Shown here: one piece after another, positions 1 to 13,210 of the stretch
How positions within the stretch are numbered: position 1 is the stretch's first letter
Layout: each line of letters starts with the position of its first letter
Source of the DNA: Octopus vulgaris
Taxonomy: Eukaryota
Length of the DNA stretch: 64,000 nucleotides
Assembly: GCA_951406725.2 (NCBI GenBank)
Contig: OX597831.1
Coordinates: 32,798,001 to 32,862,000, forward strand
Reading direction: 5' to 3'
Made by a program: the position numbers and the translations under genes
The notes under the pieces: model-generated
The model's input: only the letters and a program-made list of their open reading frames with translations
Database searches by the model: none
Told to the model about the DNA's origin: nothing

Positions 1-356
1 TGTCTCTGTACGTATATGTTCATATACACACGCATATGTGCACAGATATATTTATATGTAAATACCCAGATACGGAAACACACAAATGGCCAGAATAGGA
101 AATTTATAATTAAAAAGAATTCCGTTCATTTACTTTACAGAGTTCAACAAAATATATTAAAAGTTTCCAAAACGCAGGTTTGTTTCAGTTAGGAAAATAC
201 CTCTTCACAGAAATAAGGGTGTTATATATATATATATAAGAGATCCAAAGGAGCCAGGAAATGCTGAATAAGTGCTATAGACAGACCATAGTTAAGTTCC
301 AGATTCGGTAATTTTGCAAATAAAGGGTTCAAAGTTGGTTCTATGTCAGCGTGTGT

Positions 357-666
357 ATATAAGAATTTTTTGCGTAATAAGATAAAAAACCAAGGCTGCG
401 TAGATATTAGAGCATTTATAGATAGAAGGTCTTACAGCTGTTTCTAGGATATTTATTAATTATATCCCTTCATCGGAGACGGTGTGAGAGGATAGTTAGG
501 TCATAGTTGTATCACATCTAAACTGGGACTTAACTTTCCTCTCACACTGTCTCCAATGAAGGGATGTAATTAATAAATATCCTAGAAACAGCTGTAAGAC
601 TTTCTATCTATAAATTCTCTAATATCTACACAGCTTTGGATTTTTTATCTTATTACGCAAAAAAAT

Positions 667-674
<8 letters not shown>
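357..674. repeat. ~150-bp-arm fold-back element in TA-rich context, one HHR-like motif per arm
   Basis: 361-~505 is the reverse complement of ~521-670 (AAGAATTTTTTGCGTAATAAGATAAAA ... TTTTATCTTATTACGCAAAAAAATTCTC). The right end runs into (TA)n. Confidence 0.9.
429..480 (-). ncRNA. Hammerhead-like motif (U4C core variant); mirror copy at 549-600 (+)
   Basis: Minus strand reads GUCU-CCGAUGA-AGGGAUAU..AUAUCCU-A-GAAA-CAGCUG-UA-AGAC. Stem I GUCU/AGAC, palindromic stem III ACAGCUGU, GUA site. Confidence 0.6.
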
Positions 675-706
<32 letters not shown>

Positions 707-845
707 AAAAAAAAACAGTAGGGGGAATTAAAACGTTCGGACAAAGAGACCGACACAAAGGCAGACAAGAGAAACAACAATTAGGAGAGGCAAAAAATAG
801 ACGGTTTGATCAGTCAAGTACCAAAAGTCACAACCGTTTTGGGCA

Positions 846-910
<65 letters not shown>

Positions 911-912
<2 letters not shown>

Positions 913-1078
913 CGTCTTCCCTTTCTTGAATCTATCCTTTTCCTATGTTTCTGACGAAAAGCTCCACTCGAAACGTTAAATCCTCCTTCTTTCTTTCCTT
1001 TCCTGAGCGTCCAATAACACTATACTTGTTCCACGTCCTCGCGTTGTTGTGTTTTCTCTTTGTGTTTTCATGTTTGGA

Positions 1079-1082
<4 letters not shown>
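911..1082 (+). mobile_element. Short (TA)n-embedded HHR-carrying repeat, family H2
   Basis: Homologous to 10020-10230, 18038-18245, 42366-42545 and 56895-56992. HHR-like motif at 947-981: GUUU-CUGACGA-AAAGCUCCACUC-GAAAC-GUU-AAAU. Flanked by (TA)n on both sides. Confidence 0.8.
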
Positions 1083-1150
<68 letters not shown>

Positions 1151-1154
<4 letters not shown>

Positions 1155-1282
1155 GGACAGAATGAGATAAAAGCAACCAAGTCAGTAACTAGATTTCATA
1201 ACATTTATCAAGACCTTTTCTTGGTAAAGGTTATGAAATCTATTTACTGACTTGGTTGCTTTTATTGCATTCTGTCAATTTA
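1151..1282. repeat. Short fold-back (~55-bp arms) between TA runs
   Basis: GACAGAATGAGATAAAAGCAACCAAGTCAGTAACTAGATTTCATAAC pairs with GTTATGAAATCTATTTACTGACTTGGTTGCTTTTATTGCATTCTGTC. Confidence 0.85.
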
Positions 1283-1427
1283 TATATATGCATGCTAATA
1301 CATGACCCACGTTGGACTCCTCACTCGTATCATTATATCGAGCCTGGACCTTAACCATGGTCTATCCACAAATAAGGTTTATCCGATACCTTTTGGGTCT
1401 TCCTGACATCAATACCTTTCATACACT

Positions 1428-1572
<145 letters not shown>

Positions 1573-1583
1573 TATATATACAT

Positions 1584-1628
<45 letters not shown>

Positions 1629-1631
1629 TAG

Positions 1632-1685
<54 letters not shown>

Positions 1686-1937
1686 TGTTTTAAACTTTTA
1701 GTTTTGGAGAGAAGGGAGTATCCCTGACCTTTTACAGGGTCTCCGGGACAAGAATATTTCAAGTAAATGAGGAAGGTAGCTGTCTATAAAGAGGAGATAT
1801 TGTTAGCACCAGCAGCAGTAGCAGCAGAAGGAAGCACATGAAAGCGTTCTGTCATCGTCTCCATCATTTCTGCCACAACACCATATTAACAGAAGGAAGA
1901 TCGACGTAAAGAAAAACAACAATAATCATAACAGCTT

Positions 1938-3115
1938 TAAATTTTGGCACAGGGCCAGCAACTTCGAGGGACGGTTTAAATCGAGTCGGTTACATGAACC
2001 CCAGTATTCAACTGGTACTTAATTTATCGACCCTGAAAAGATGAAAGGTAAAGTCGACCTCGGCAGAATTTGAACTCAGAACGTAAAGACGGACGGAATG
2101 CCGCTAAGCATTTCACCCGGCGTTCTAACGATTCTGCCAGCCCTCGCCTTAATACCCATTTCTTTACTACCCACAAGGGGCCAAACACAGAGAGGACAAA
2201 CAAAGACAGACAAACGGATTAAGTCGATTACATCGACCCCAGTGCGTAACTGGTACTTAATTTATCGACCCCGAAAGGATGAAAGGCAAAGTCTACCTCG
2301 GCGGAATTTGAACGCAGAACGTAACGGCAGACGAAATGCCTATTTCTTTACTACCCACAAGGGGCTAAACACAGAGAGGACAAACAAGGACAGACAAACG
2401 GATTAAGTCGGTTTCATCGACCCCAGTGCGTAACTGGTACTTAATTTATCGACCCCGAAAGGATGAAAGGCAAAGTCGACCTCGGTGGAATTTGAACTCA
2501 GAACGTATCGGCAGACGAAATACGGCTACGCGTTTCGCCCGGCGTGCTAACGATTCTGCCAGCCCGTCGCCTTAATACCTATTTATTTACTACCCACAAG
2601 GGGCCAAACACAGAGAAGACAAACAAGGACAGACAAACGGATTAAGTCGATTTCATCGACCCCAGTGCGTAACTGGTACTTAATTTATCGACCCCGAAAG
2701 GATGAAAGGCAAAGTCGACCTCTGCGGAATTTGAACTCAGAACGTAACGGCAGACGAAATGCCTATTTCTTTATTACCCACTAGGGGCTAAACACAGAGA
2801 GGACAAACAAGGACAGACAAACGGATTAAGTCGATTTCATCGACCCCAGTGCGTAACTGGTACTTAATTTATCGACCCCGAAAGGATGAAAGGCAAAGTC
2901 GACCTCGGCGGAATTTGAACTCAGAACGTAACGGCAGACGAAATACGGCTACGCGTTTCGCCCAGTGCGTAACTGGTACTTAATTTATCGACCCCGAAAG
3001 GATGAAAGGCAAAGTCGACCTCGGCGGAATTTGAACTCAGAACGTAACGGCAGACGAAATACGGCTACGCGTTTCGCCCGGCGTGCTAACGACTCTGCCA
3101 GCTCACCGTCGCCTT
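1938..3115 (-). mobile_element. Chain of ~6 tRNA-derived SINE units (family A)
   Basis: Repeated units with A-box-like TGGCAGAATCGTTAG, B box GAGTTCAAATTCC and central GCCTTTCATCCTTTCGGGGTCGATAAATTAAGTACCAG (resembles the Meta/MESC SINE domain, from memory). Tail ends GTAAAGAAATA. Confidence 0.9.
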
Positions 3116-3957
3116 AATACCATCGACAGCAATATTGATGAATACATCAAGTGCAGCAGTAATGGCAACAACAAGAACAAGAACAAGAACAACAACGACG
3201 ACCAGAAATGAAAGGAGAACCACGGGAAAGAAATATGGGAAGTGAAAAGCTTTTCACTTTAAATTTTACTTGAAGATAAATGAGAAACACCAACAATAAC
3301 TACATCAATATCAACCACCAGAAAGTCACAACGACAACCACAACAGCAACAATAACAACCCCCCCCAAAAAAAAAAGAAAGAAAACAAAAAAAAGAATGT
3401 GGGTGACGACGATAAACAACAGCGGAAGTAAACCTGCAACAACAACAACAACAACAACAACAACGATAAGAAGAACACTGACGAATAAGAAGAGACTGGA
3501 TAATTGTAATGACTGAGACAATAACAAAAAGAAGAACAGCAACAACAACAACAACAACAACAACGAGTTTAGCAAACAGTTGTTCTGCATTGAAAAGGTG
3601 AAACGCGAAATCTGGTTAAAAAGGAATAATAAAAAAAAATAACAAATAAAATGGCTGAACGGAATGAAAATAGACGGCGGGAGCGGCGGCGGCGGCGATG
3701 GCGGAGACGAGGAAGAAAAGGAGAACTAGAACAACGACAATGATTTGTGCAATGATAAGAGAATCAAATAAGACGGTAACAACTGTAACAACAACAACAA
3801 TAACAACGACGACGACTACGACGATGTTTTAAGATTAACACGAACAACAACAACAACAACAACCACAACAGCAATTATAATAATGTCTTTGTGAAATGTC
3901 AAACCCCCACTGCAACAGCAACAATGGTAGAACATACAACGCTGTCATCGTCGTCGT

Positions 3958-3981
3958 TTATGATGATGATGATGATGGTGG

Positions 3982-4018
<37 letters not shown>

Positions 4019-4022
4019 CATA

Positions 4023-4108
<86 letters not shown>

Positions 4109-4164
4109 ACAGGTAGTGGTGGTGATGATGATGATGATGATTATACAGGAGGTGGTGGTGGTGG

Positions 4165-4207
<43 letters not shown>

Positions 4208-4236
4208 ACAGGTGGTGGTGGTGGTGATGATGATGT
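3958..4236. repeat. (GAT)n microsatellite interrupted by ACAGG(T/A)RGTGGT units
   Basis: Direct reading. Confidence 0.95.
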
Positions 4237-4897
4237 CTTAAATATGACGGAACAGAGAGATGATGGAGAACGCGATAGAGAAGAAGGTGAAGAAGAAGCG
4301 GAGGAGCAGGAGGAGGAAGAAGGAGGAAGAGGAGGAGGGAGAAGAAGAGAAGGAGATGAAGTGGAAGAAGGCAGAGAAGGAAGAAGAGGGGGGTGGAGTG
4401 GGAAAGGAGACGAAAAGGAAGAAGAAAAGGAAATCGAAGAAAAACACGAATAAATAAATAAATAAATGAATAAATAAATAATATTAAGAAGAAAAGTGAC
4501 TGGAAAAGAGAGAGGGAGGGATAGAGGGAGGGGGGGACTTGTAACATAAAGAACAAGAAGAAGAAGAATTAAAGATTAAAAAACCCCCAATAATCAGAAT
4601 AACAACAGGAAGAACAACATAAACAGTGATTAAGAATAAGCTATCAATAAGTGATCGTTAAGGAAAAACGATTTACGGTGAATCAATTTGATAGAACACC
4701 TGCTGGTAGCGACATTGATATTTAAAAAAGGAGTGGGACGGGGGTGGGGGTGGGGTGGCAGATGAAGCAACAACGACAACAATAGCAACAACAATTACAT
4801 TACTACTAGGTTTGTTTTTTCTTAGTTGTTGTTGCTGTTGCTGTTGTTGTTGTTATTATTATTACTATTATTATCATCATCATCATCATCATCATCA

Positions 4898-4928
<31 letters not shown>

Positions 4929-4968
4929 TATTATTGTTGTTGTTGTTATAATAATAATAATAATAATG

Positions 4969-5042
<74 letters not shown>

Positions 5043-5043
<1 letters not shown>

Positions 5044-5173
5044 TGCCTTTCATCCTTTCGGGGTTGATAAAATAAGTACCAGTTACGCACTGGGGTCGAT
5101 GTAATCGACTTAATTCGTTTGTCTGTCCTTGTTTGTCACCTCTATGTTTAGCCCCTTGTGAGTAACAAAGGAG

Positions 5174-5253
<80 letters not shown>

Positions 5254-5657
5254 CGGCGAGCTGGCAGAATCGTTAGCACGCCGAGTGAAATGCTTACCGG
5301 AGTATCGTCCGTCTTAATGTTCTGAGTCGATAAATTAAGTACCAGTTGCGTACTGCGGTCGATCTAGTCGACTAGCCCTCTCCCCAAAATTTCAAGTCTT
5401 GTGCCTATAGCAGAAAGGATTATTTATTATGACAACGTGACAAAGCGGCGAGCTGGGCAGAATGGTTAACACGTCGGACTAAATGCTCAGCGGTATTTCG
5501 TCTGTTTTCACGTTCTGAGTTCAAATTCCGCCGAGGCCGACTTTGCCTCCCAAGCTTTAGGGGTTCGATGAAATAAGTACCAGTTGAACATTGGAGTTGA
5601 TGGAATCGACTTACCCCTTCCTCCTAAAATTGCTGGCCTCGTGTCAAAATTTGAAGT
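5043..5657 (+). mobile_element. Cluster of three SINE-A copies/fragments separated by (ATT)n
   Basis: 5043-5172 is a 3' fragment; 5251-5420 and 5445-5657 have heads starting GCGGCGAGCTGG. Confidence 0.85.
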
Positions 5658-6849
5658 TGTTATAATAACAAGGAGAAGAACATAAATTTACCATTCACCC
5701 CACCATTCACTCACAGTCCCACCCTAAATAATCCACCACCGCTGACAACAACAACAACAATACCGCTACCATCACCATCAATACTAATAGGAAAGAGTCA
5801 AATTAAGAAAGAGTCAAAGAGTCGAAGAGAAAAAGCGTTTCAGGGTGTGAGAGTCAAACAGTGAAAGAATCAACAGAGAAATAGTGAAAGTGACAAAGAG
5901 TCAAGCAGTGAATGAGTCGAACCGTGAAAGAATCAAACACGCATACACACACAAAAAAACACACAACAGCAACAACAACGACAGATACACAGAGAACGTC
6001 ATCAACAACAGGAACAGACAAACGAACAGCAATGAAATCGAAAGTGAAAGTGAAAGTAAAAGGTTGGCATCCCCGGATGTTGTTAGCTTCGTGTCTTTTT
6101 TTTTGGGTTTTTTCTTTTACTATCTGTTATCAAAGCCATTTTGTCAACCTGTGTAGATGACGTTGTTTCACTTTGAGCTTCAATGAAATCTTAATTGCTT
6201 TTGCCAAAAACTCTTTCGTTTAATCTTTAATCTTGTGTTTGTCTGTATACATGCATGTGCGTGTATGTGTGAGTGTGCGTGTGCGTATGATTGCGTGCGA
6301 ATGCTTGTGCATTTTTTGTGTTAGTGTGTGTTGCTTTTCTTTATATTTTTCCTGTATCGTTTCATTTATTTTTACAACCTCTTCATTTTGTTTCTAACAA
6401 TACATACGGGAGATTACATTACAATTCTCATAAGATAGTCTTCTTCATCTTCCATTTGCCCTTCCTGCTCCTTTCCTCCTCCACTCACTTTCCCTCCTCT
6501 TCATTCTCCCCATTCTTGTTCATCTTGCTCTTGTAGGTCTTCTTCCCCACCTCCTTCTCCCCTCTTACCCTCTCCCCTTCACCCATTCCTTATTCACCTT
6601 GCCTCCCTTGCTGCTTCTCCTTCTCTCCTTTCTTCTTCTTCTTCTTCTTCTTCTTCTTCTTCTTCACCTCTCCCTTCTCTTCTTACTCTTTCTCATTTTC
6701 CGCATCATTCTCTTTCCCTTTTCTTTCTTCTTCTTATTCTAACTCCCCTTCCTCCCCCACTCTCTTCCACCTCCCCTCTTCCTCCTTCTTTCTTCCTCCC
6801 ATTCTCTTTCTTCTCCGTCGTCGTCGTTGTAGCATGATGATTATACACA

Positions 6850-6957
<108 letters not shown>

Positions 6958-7356
6958 AAAATTGAATAAAAAGAACACAACAAATGGAAATTATATATAT
7001 ATATATAAAAAAGTATATATATAAACTATACAGTATACATATAATATATGTATATAAATTTATATAATAATACTAATCTCTATATTTTGTATCGTTTCAT
7101 TTGTCTTGCTCACTTACGTTCTGGCGTTTGCTGAATTTTCTTGAAAACAATCTTTTCTTAGTGGTCAGACCATTGGGGTGTACATCTCGCAGCATATTGG
7201 ATGTCCACTTAGTGGTAATCACTCTTATATGTATATGTATATAATCACCCCGCATTATCGTATGGTTAACACCATAGATTTCTGGTGCATCCAAGTTAAG
7301 TACCATATTCATGTGAATTCAACAGAACTCACTTGAATCTTAATTACTTGTACCGT

Positions 7357-7401
<45 letters not shown>

Positions 7402-7503
7402 ATATATATATTTATATTTCATTCAATTTTGGGGGATTAATCGATATGGGGGTATTCTATTTCAGATATTACAAAGATAACCTAATGAGTATATCTGACA
7501 GTA

Positions 7504-7947
7504 AACTCATGGTATCAGTTTGCACATCAAGAAATAGTACTTAATTCTTAATTCATAATTCTTAATATTGCAAAGTATAATTTTTATTCTTAATTTTTAA
7601 TTCTTAATTTTTAATGCTTAATTAAATTGCTTATTTTTAAAGGGATGTAAAATTAGATATATAATATTTTGAAATAGAACCTGAAGATGTGTTGGAATAA
7701 TTGTAAATCTGACAATTGCATATATATATTTATATATGTATATATATATATATATATAGGTATACAATTGTGTATATGTATATAAAAAATCAGCTTCTAA
7801 TACTGAAGCACGTGTAGTTTCTTTATATCTAATAAATATAGGATATAATTAGGATATAATTAATGAAGTATATTATATACCCTACTGGTAATTTTGGTTA
7901 TATCCTTTAAGTATTATTTCCTGATGTGCAAACTGATAGCATGAGTT
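7504..7947 (+). mobile_element. PLE-terminus-like element: degenerate HHR (7675-7822) plus ~40-bp inverted end
   Basis: GAAC-CUGAAGA-UGUGUUGGAA...UUCUAAUAC-U-GAAG-CACGUG-UA-GUUU (GAAA changed to GAAG). AACTCATGGTATCAGTTTGCACATCAAGAAATAGTACTTAA (~7504-7545) is inverted at ~7907-7947. Confidence 0.6.
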
Positions 7948-8158
7948 GCTCCAGTCCACTCAGCTGGCAAACATGATTTGTACCTGTAATTCACAAGGGC
8001 CAACCTTGTCACATTCCGTGTCACGCTGAATCTCCCTGAGAACTACGTTAAGGGTGCACATGTCTGTGGAGTGCTCAGCTACTTGTACGTTAATTTCACG
8101 AACAGGCTGTTCCGTTGATCGGATCAACTGGAACCCTCGTCGTCGTAACCGACAGAGA
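7948..8158 (+). mobile_element. 3' part of another SINE-like repeat
   Basis: GCTCCAGTCCACTCAGCTG resembles the segment in the SINE at 18319. The tail GGCTGTTCCGTTGATCGGATCAACTGGAACCCTCGTCGTCGTAACCGAC is recalled as a common cephalopod repeat. Confidence 0.45.
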
Positions 8159-8266
8159 ATTTAGTACGGTATTATACAGAATATGTCTTGTCTGTATCGT
8201 ACGATATTGTTGGCTGGTGTTTGTGTATAGTGTATGTGTTATGACGTCGTTGTTGTGCGACATTTT

Positions 8267-8846
8267 CATACAGAATATTGTGAGGGAAAACGCCACATTT
8301 CCCGTAAATTGCACAGCTGTGCTAACCACTACATCTACACCAAAGAGACATCACAACGTTTGACCATTCAAATTAGAAGCCTTAACTGTGTAGCTAAGAT
8401 TACACACCTCACATACAGAATATTGTGAGGGAAAACGCCACATTTCCCGTAAATTGCACAGCTGTGCTAACCACTACATCTACACCAAAGGAACATCACA
8501 ACGTTTGACCATTCAAATTAGAAGCCTTAACTGTGTAGCTAAGATTACACACCTCACATACAGAATATTGTGAGGGAAAACGCCACATTTCCCGTAAATT
8601 GCACAGCTGTGCTAACCACTACATCTACACCAAAGGAACATCACAACGTTTGACCATTCAAATTAGAAGCCTTAACTGTGTAGCTAAGATTACACACCTC
8701 ACATACAGAATATTGTGAGGGAAAACGCCACATTTCCCGTAAATTGCACAGCTGTGCTAACCCCTACATCTACACCAAAGAGACATCACAACGTTTGACC
8801 ATCCAAATTAGAAGCCTTAACCATGTAGCTAAGATTACACACCTCA
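8267..8846. repeat. Tandem repeat, 4 x 145 bp, near-identical
   Basis: The unit CATACAGAATATTGTGAGGG...GATTACACACCTCA starts at 8267, 8412, 8557 and 8702. Confidence 0.97.
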
Positions 8847-8914
8847 GCGGCTTCTCAACGGGGAGTTCCAGTTCATCAAGGATGAAGGTATGTCTTCCTA
8901 ATTATCTTCTTAAC

Positions 8915-9125
8915 TAGGCACAAGGTCTTGAGTGTTTTTAGCAGGGTGGGTGGGTGAGGGTGGGGAGTCGATTATATCAATTCCAGTGTACGATTGGTGC
9001 TTGTTTTATCGTCCCCGAAAAGACGAAAGGCAATGTTGACCTCGGTGGACTTTGAAATCGGAAAGTATACACGGCCGATATGCAGCCTGGCATTTTACCC
9101 GGCGGGCCAACGATTCAGCCAGTTG
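8915..9125 (-). mobile_element. Old diverged SINE-A copy
   Basis: TTTATCGTCCCCGAAAAGACGAAAGGCAATGTTGACCTCGG matches the family A core. Confidence 0.7.
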
Positions 9126-9427
9126 CATAATAATACCCATTGGAAGAGTGGTTGGTGACTGGTTGATTTGTCCAGTGATTATTAACTATGGAGAGAGAGT
9201 TAGAAAGAGAGATAGATAGAGAAAGAGAAAGAAAGGGAGAGAGATAAAGAGAAAGAGAGGGTAAAAAGAGATGCAGGCACAGTTAACACACGAAACACAA
9301 GATGAGTGCACATAGTAGGCTTGGTGTCAGGAGGAGAGGAAGAGCGAGCGAATGACAATAGTTAAGGGAGAAATTATGTAAACGAGGAATTTGCTTAAAT
9401 TAAAGTTAAATTTAAAGTAATCTTTCA

Positions 9428-9615
9428 TCTTTTACTTGTATCCATTGGACCGCGGTAATGCTGGGGTACCACCTTAAAAGATTTAGTGGAACAAATCGGC
9501 ATCAGGACTTATTTTTTTTAAGCGTTGTACTAATTTCATCGGTCTAATTTGCCAAACCGCTAAGTTGGGAAGACGTAAACAAACATTGATTGTCGAGCAG
9601 TGTTGGGGGACAAAG
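9428..9615 (-). mobile_element. SINE-B 3' fragment, diverged
   Basis: Homologous to 61155-61350. Confidence 0.6.
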
Positions 9616-9653
9616 AGACACACGTATATGTAGGTATGTATGCATGTATATAC

Positions 9654-9704
<51 letters not shown>

Positions 9705-9973
9705 AGATTAGAGAAGAAGAAGAAGAAACGAAACCAAAAGAATCGAATCGAATCGACGCGAAGGCGCTCAGTCATACAATAGTGTAATAAATAAAATATA
9801 TGCATACATACAAACATATATGTACGTACCTACATCTACATGTATATATACATGCATATATAAATATATATACGTGTGTACAGGACACCACAAATAGACG
9901 TAGAACTCAACGAGAAACGAAAACGTAAAAACAGCATGGAACGGACCATTTTTTTTAACAACGAAAAAACAGA

Positions 9974-10019
<46 letters not shown>

Positions 10020-10022
<3 letters not shown>

Positions 10023-10230
10023 TAATCCAAACATAAAAACACAAAGAGAAAACACAACAGCGCGAGGACGTGGAACAAATATAGTATTATTGGACGCTTA
10101 GGAAGGAAGGGAAGAAGGAGGGTTTTACGTTTCGAGCGGAACTCTTCGTCAGATACATAGGAAAAGGAAAGATCCAGAGAAGGGAAGACGGAGGAAAAAA
10201 ATCGCCAACGGTACCCACGCAGTCACATTT
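10020..10230 (-). mobile_element. Family H2 HHR-carrying repeat
   Basis: HHR at 10122-10156 (-): GUAU-CUGACGA-A-GAGU-UCC-GCUC-GAAAC-GUA-AAAC. TA-flanked. Confidence 0.8.
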
Positions 10231-10261
10231 ATGTGTATATATATATACATATATACATATA

Positions 10262-10330
<69 letters not shown>

Positions 10331-10957
10331 GTATATATATATGTATAGAGTACTGGGTTAGATTTAACTAAACCCTTATAGGCGGTGTCCCAGCATGGCC
10401 GCAGTCTAATAACCGAAACAAAATATAAAGGATGGAAGACACCCGTCTATCCATTAATATACATATTCCTGCGTATGTACGTATGCATGCATGCTTGTAT
10501 GTGTGCATGTGTGTGTGTATGCATGCATGCATGTATGTATATTTGTGTGTATGTATGTATGGATGCATGTCTGTGTGTGTGTGCGTGTATGTATGCCTAT
10601 ATGTTTGCAGCTTTGTTTGTATGCATGCTAATGTGTATGTTTATGATGTACGAACGTAAATTCGTATGTATATATGCATGTGTATATGCGTATGCACGCG
10701 TGTATACATGTGAACATTTTGTATCTATCACACGTACGGTCAATGTAAGTGTAGACGACGGGGGTGATGATGACGACGACGACGACGACGACGACGACGA
10801 TGATGATGATGATGATGATGATGATGGTGATGATGATAAAGATAATGATGAAGACTACAAGACGATGATTTTCATTCGGACGACGAAGATGGTCATAACG
10901 ACGATGATGATGCTGATAACAATGATAAGGATGATGATAACGATAATGACGTTGATT

Positions 10958-10996
<39 letters not shown>

Positions 10997-11635
10997 GTGA
11001 TGATGATGAAGACGATGATGATGGTGATGATGGTGATATTGATGATGATGATGCTAATGATGATGAAAGATGATGATAATGATGATGGTGGTAATGATGA
11101 CGATGACGATGATGATGTTGATGATAATCATGATGATGATGATGATGGTGGTGGTGATGGTGGTGGTGGTGGTAATGATGATAATGGTGACGATAAAAGA
11201 TGATGATAATATGACGACGTCGGCGATGATGAACGCAACGACGACAACAAAGGTCATTGGTGCTGGGGATGATAATAATGATGATGATGATGATGATGAC
11301 GATGATGATATTGCTGCTGCTGATGACAGTGACAATGACGATAACGATGACTACGACAATAATGATGATGATGATGATAACGATGAAAAGTTTTTTCAAC
11401 TTCTCTCCCACTGCCCCCCAACGCCCCTGCTCTCACCCCTATCCCCGCCTGGCTGTTTTCGTTTTAATTTTCTGATTAATTATCACTCTGCCGCCATTTT
11501 CTTGTTATTCATTTCGCTTATTCAATTTATCCTTTACCTTATCATCACAAGCGTCTCCTTAATTAGTGTACAAACATATTTGTCTTTCCTCTCCAGGTTT
11601 TTTTTTCTCAAGGTGTTTCGCGCGTGTTTATGTGC

Positions 11636-11679
<44 letters not shown>

Positions 11680-11958
11680 TTCTGTGTGTGTATGTGTGTT
11701 TGTGCGTATTTGAATGTACGTGAGTGTTTGTGCGTGTGTGTGTGCATATGTATGCATGCGTGTGAGTTTGCGTGCGTGTGTGCGTGCGTGTGTGCGTGCG
11801 TATGTGCGTGCGTGTGTGCGTGTACATGTGTACGTGTGTGCGCGCGTGTGTACATGTGTGCGTGTGTTAGTGTACATGCGTGCGTGTGTGTGTATACATG
11901 TGTGCGCGTGTGCATGTGTGTGCGTGGGTGTGCGTGCGTGCATGTGTGTCTGTGTGCA

Positions 11959-12002
<44 letters not shown>

Positions 12003-12269
12003 CGTATGTGTATGTGCGTGTATGTGTGTGTTTTGAGCGGACGTGGGGGATAGGTTAGTTGATTGGGTTAGATAGTGGGAAGGGTGGGGTGTTGCAAAAG
12101 TTTTGGGAAGAAGAAAGAAAGAAGGAAGGAAAGAAGGAAGAGAAAAAGAAAGAGTGAAGCGAAGAAGTAGAACGGTGAAGAGGGAGAGAAGGAAAGAATG
12201 GGAAGAAGGAAAGAAGGAAGGACGAAAAAGATTAAAGGTTAAATGTAGAAAGAAGTTTGAGAAAGAGGG

Positions 12270-12660
12270 AGAGAGAGAGGGAGAGAAAGAGTGAGAGAGA
12301 GCGAGAGAGGAATTTGGAGAGGGAATTTGGAGAAGAAGGAAATGATGATAAAAGTCAAAGAGAAGAAAGAGCACAAGGAAGAGATGATGAGTGAGAAAGA
12401 GAGAGAGGAAGAGGGGTGAGAGAAGGGGAGAAGAGGAGGGAGAAAGGAAAGTGAGAGAGAGAGAGAGGGAGAGAAAGAGTGAGAGAGAGTGAGAGAGAGG
12501 AATTTGGAGAGGAAATTTGGAGAAGAAGGAAATGATGATAAAAGTCAAAGAGAAGAAAGAGCACAAGGAAGAGATGATGAGTGAGAAAGAGAAAGAGGAA
12601 GAGGGGTGAGAGAAAGGGAGAAAAGGAGGGAGAAAGGAAAGTGAGAGAGAGAGAGAGAGA
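12270..12660. repeat. Purine-rich tandem duplication, 2 x ~190 bp
   Basis: AAATGATGATAAAAGTCAAAGAGAAGAAAGAGCACAAGG occurs at 12340 and 12530. Confidence 0.9.
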
Positions 12661-12834
12661 GTACCATGAAATGGTAATGAAGAGAAAGATAGAGAAAGAG
12701 AGAGGGGGAAGCCGTATGAGAAGAAAGAGTAGAAGGACGACGCGATAAATTGAATGAGAGATTAAGAGAACGGTGGAGGGTGAGGAAGAGATTAAAAAGA
12801 AGCGGAGATAGAAACGAGAGAGGGGAGGGAGAGA

Positions 12835-12877
<43 letters not shown>

Positions 12878-13065
12878 TGAGTGTGAAAACAGTACTAGAT
12901 GCCACTTAAAAAAAAACAAACAAAAAAACCTTATCATATTTGGAAGATCTACGCCACTTTTAGTTCCTTGTTTTCTCTGTTTATTAAATATACAACCTGA
13001 TTCATTCATTCATTGCTATTGTTGTTATTGTTGTTGTCGTCATTACTATTATCATTTTATTATTA

Positions 13066-13138
<73 letters not shown>

Positions 13139-13165
13139 TATTATTATCATTATTATTATTATTAA

Positions 13166-13210
<45 letters not shown>

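Noticed and set aside
160-215. Minus-strand TGAAGAGG..CCT..GAAAC motif
   Set aside because: Core and stems too degenerate to call.
3896-4453. Acidic 185-aa ORF
   Set aside because: (GAT)n plus GA-rich low-complexity sequence, open in several frames.
7097-7312. ORF with HPNGL resembling a PLE ORF C-terminus
   Set aside because: Similarity too short and interrupted by TA repeat.
8267-8846. CRISPR-like array
   Set aside because: Contiguous identical units with no spacers, in a eukaryotic context.
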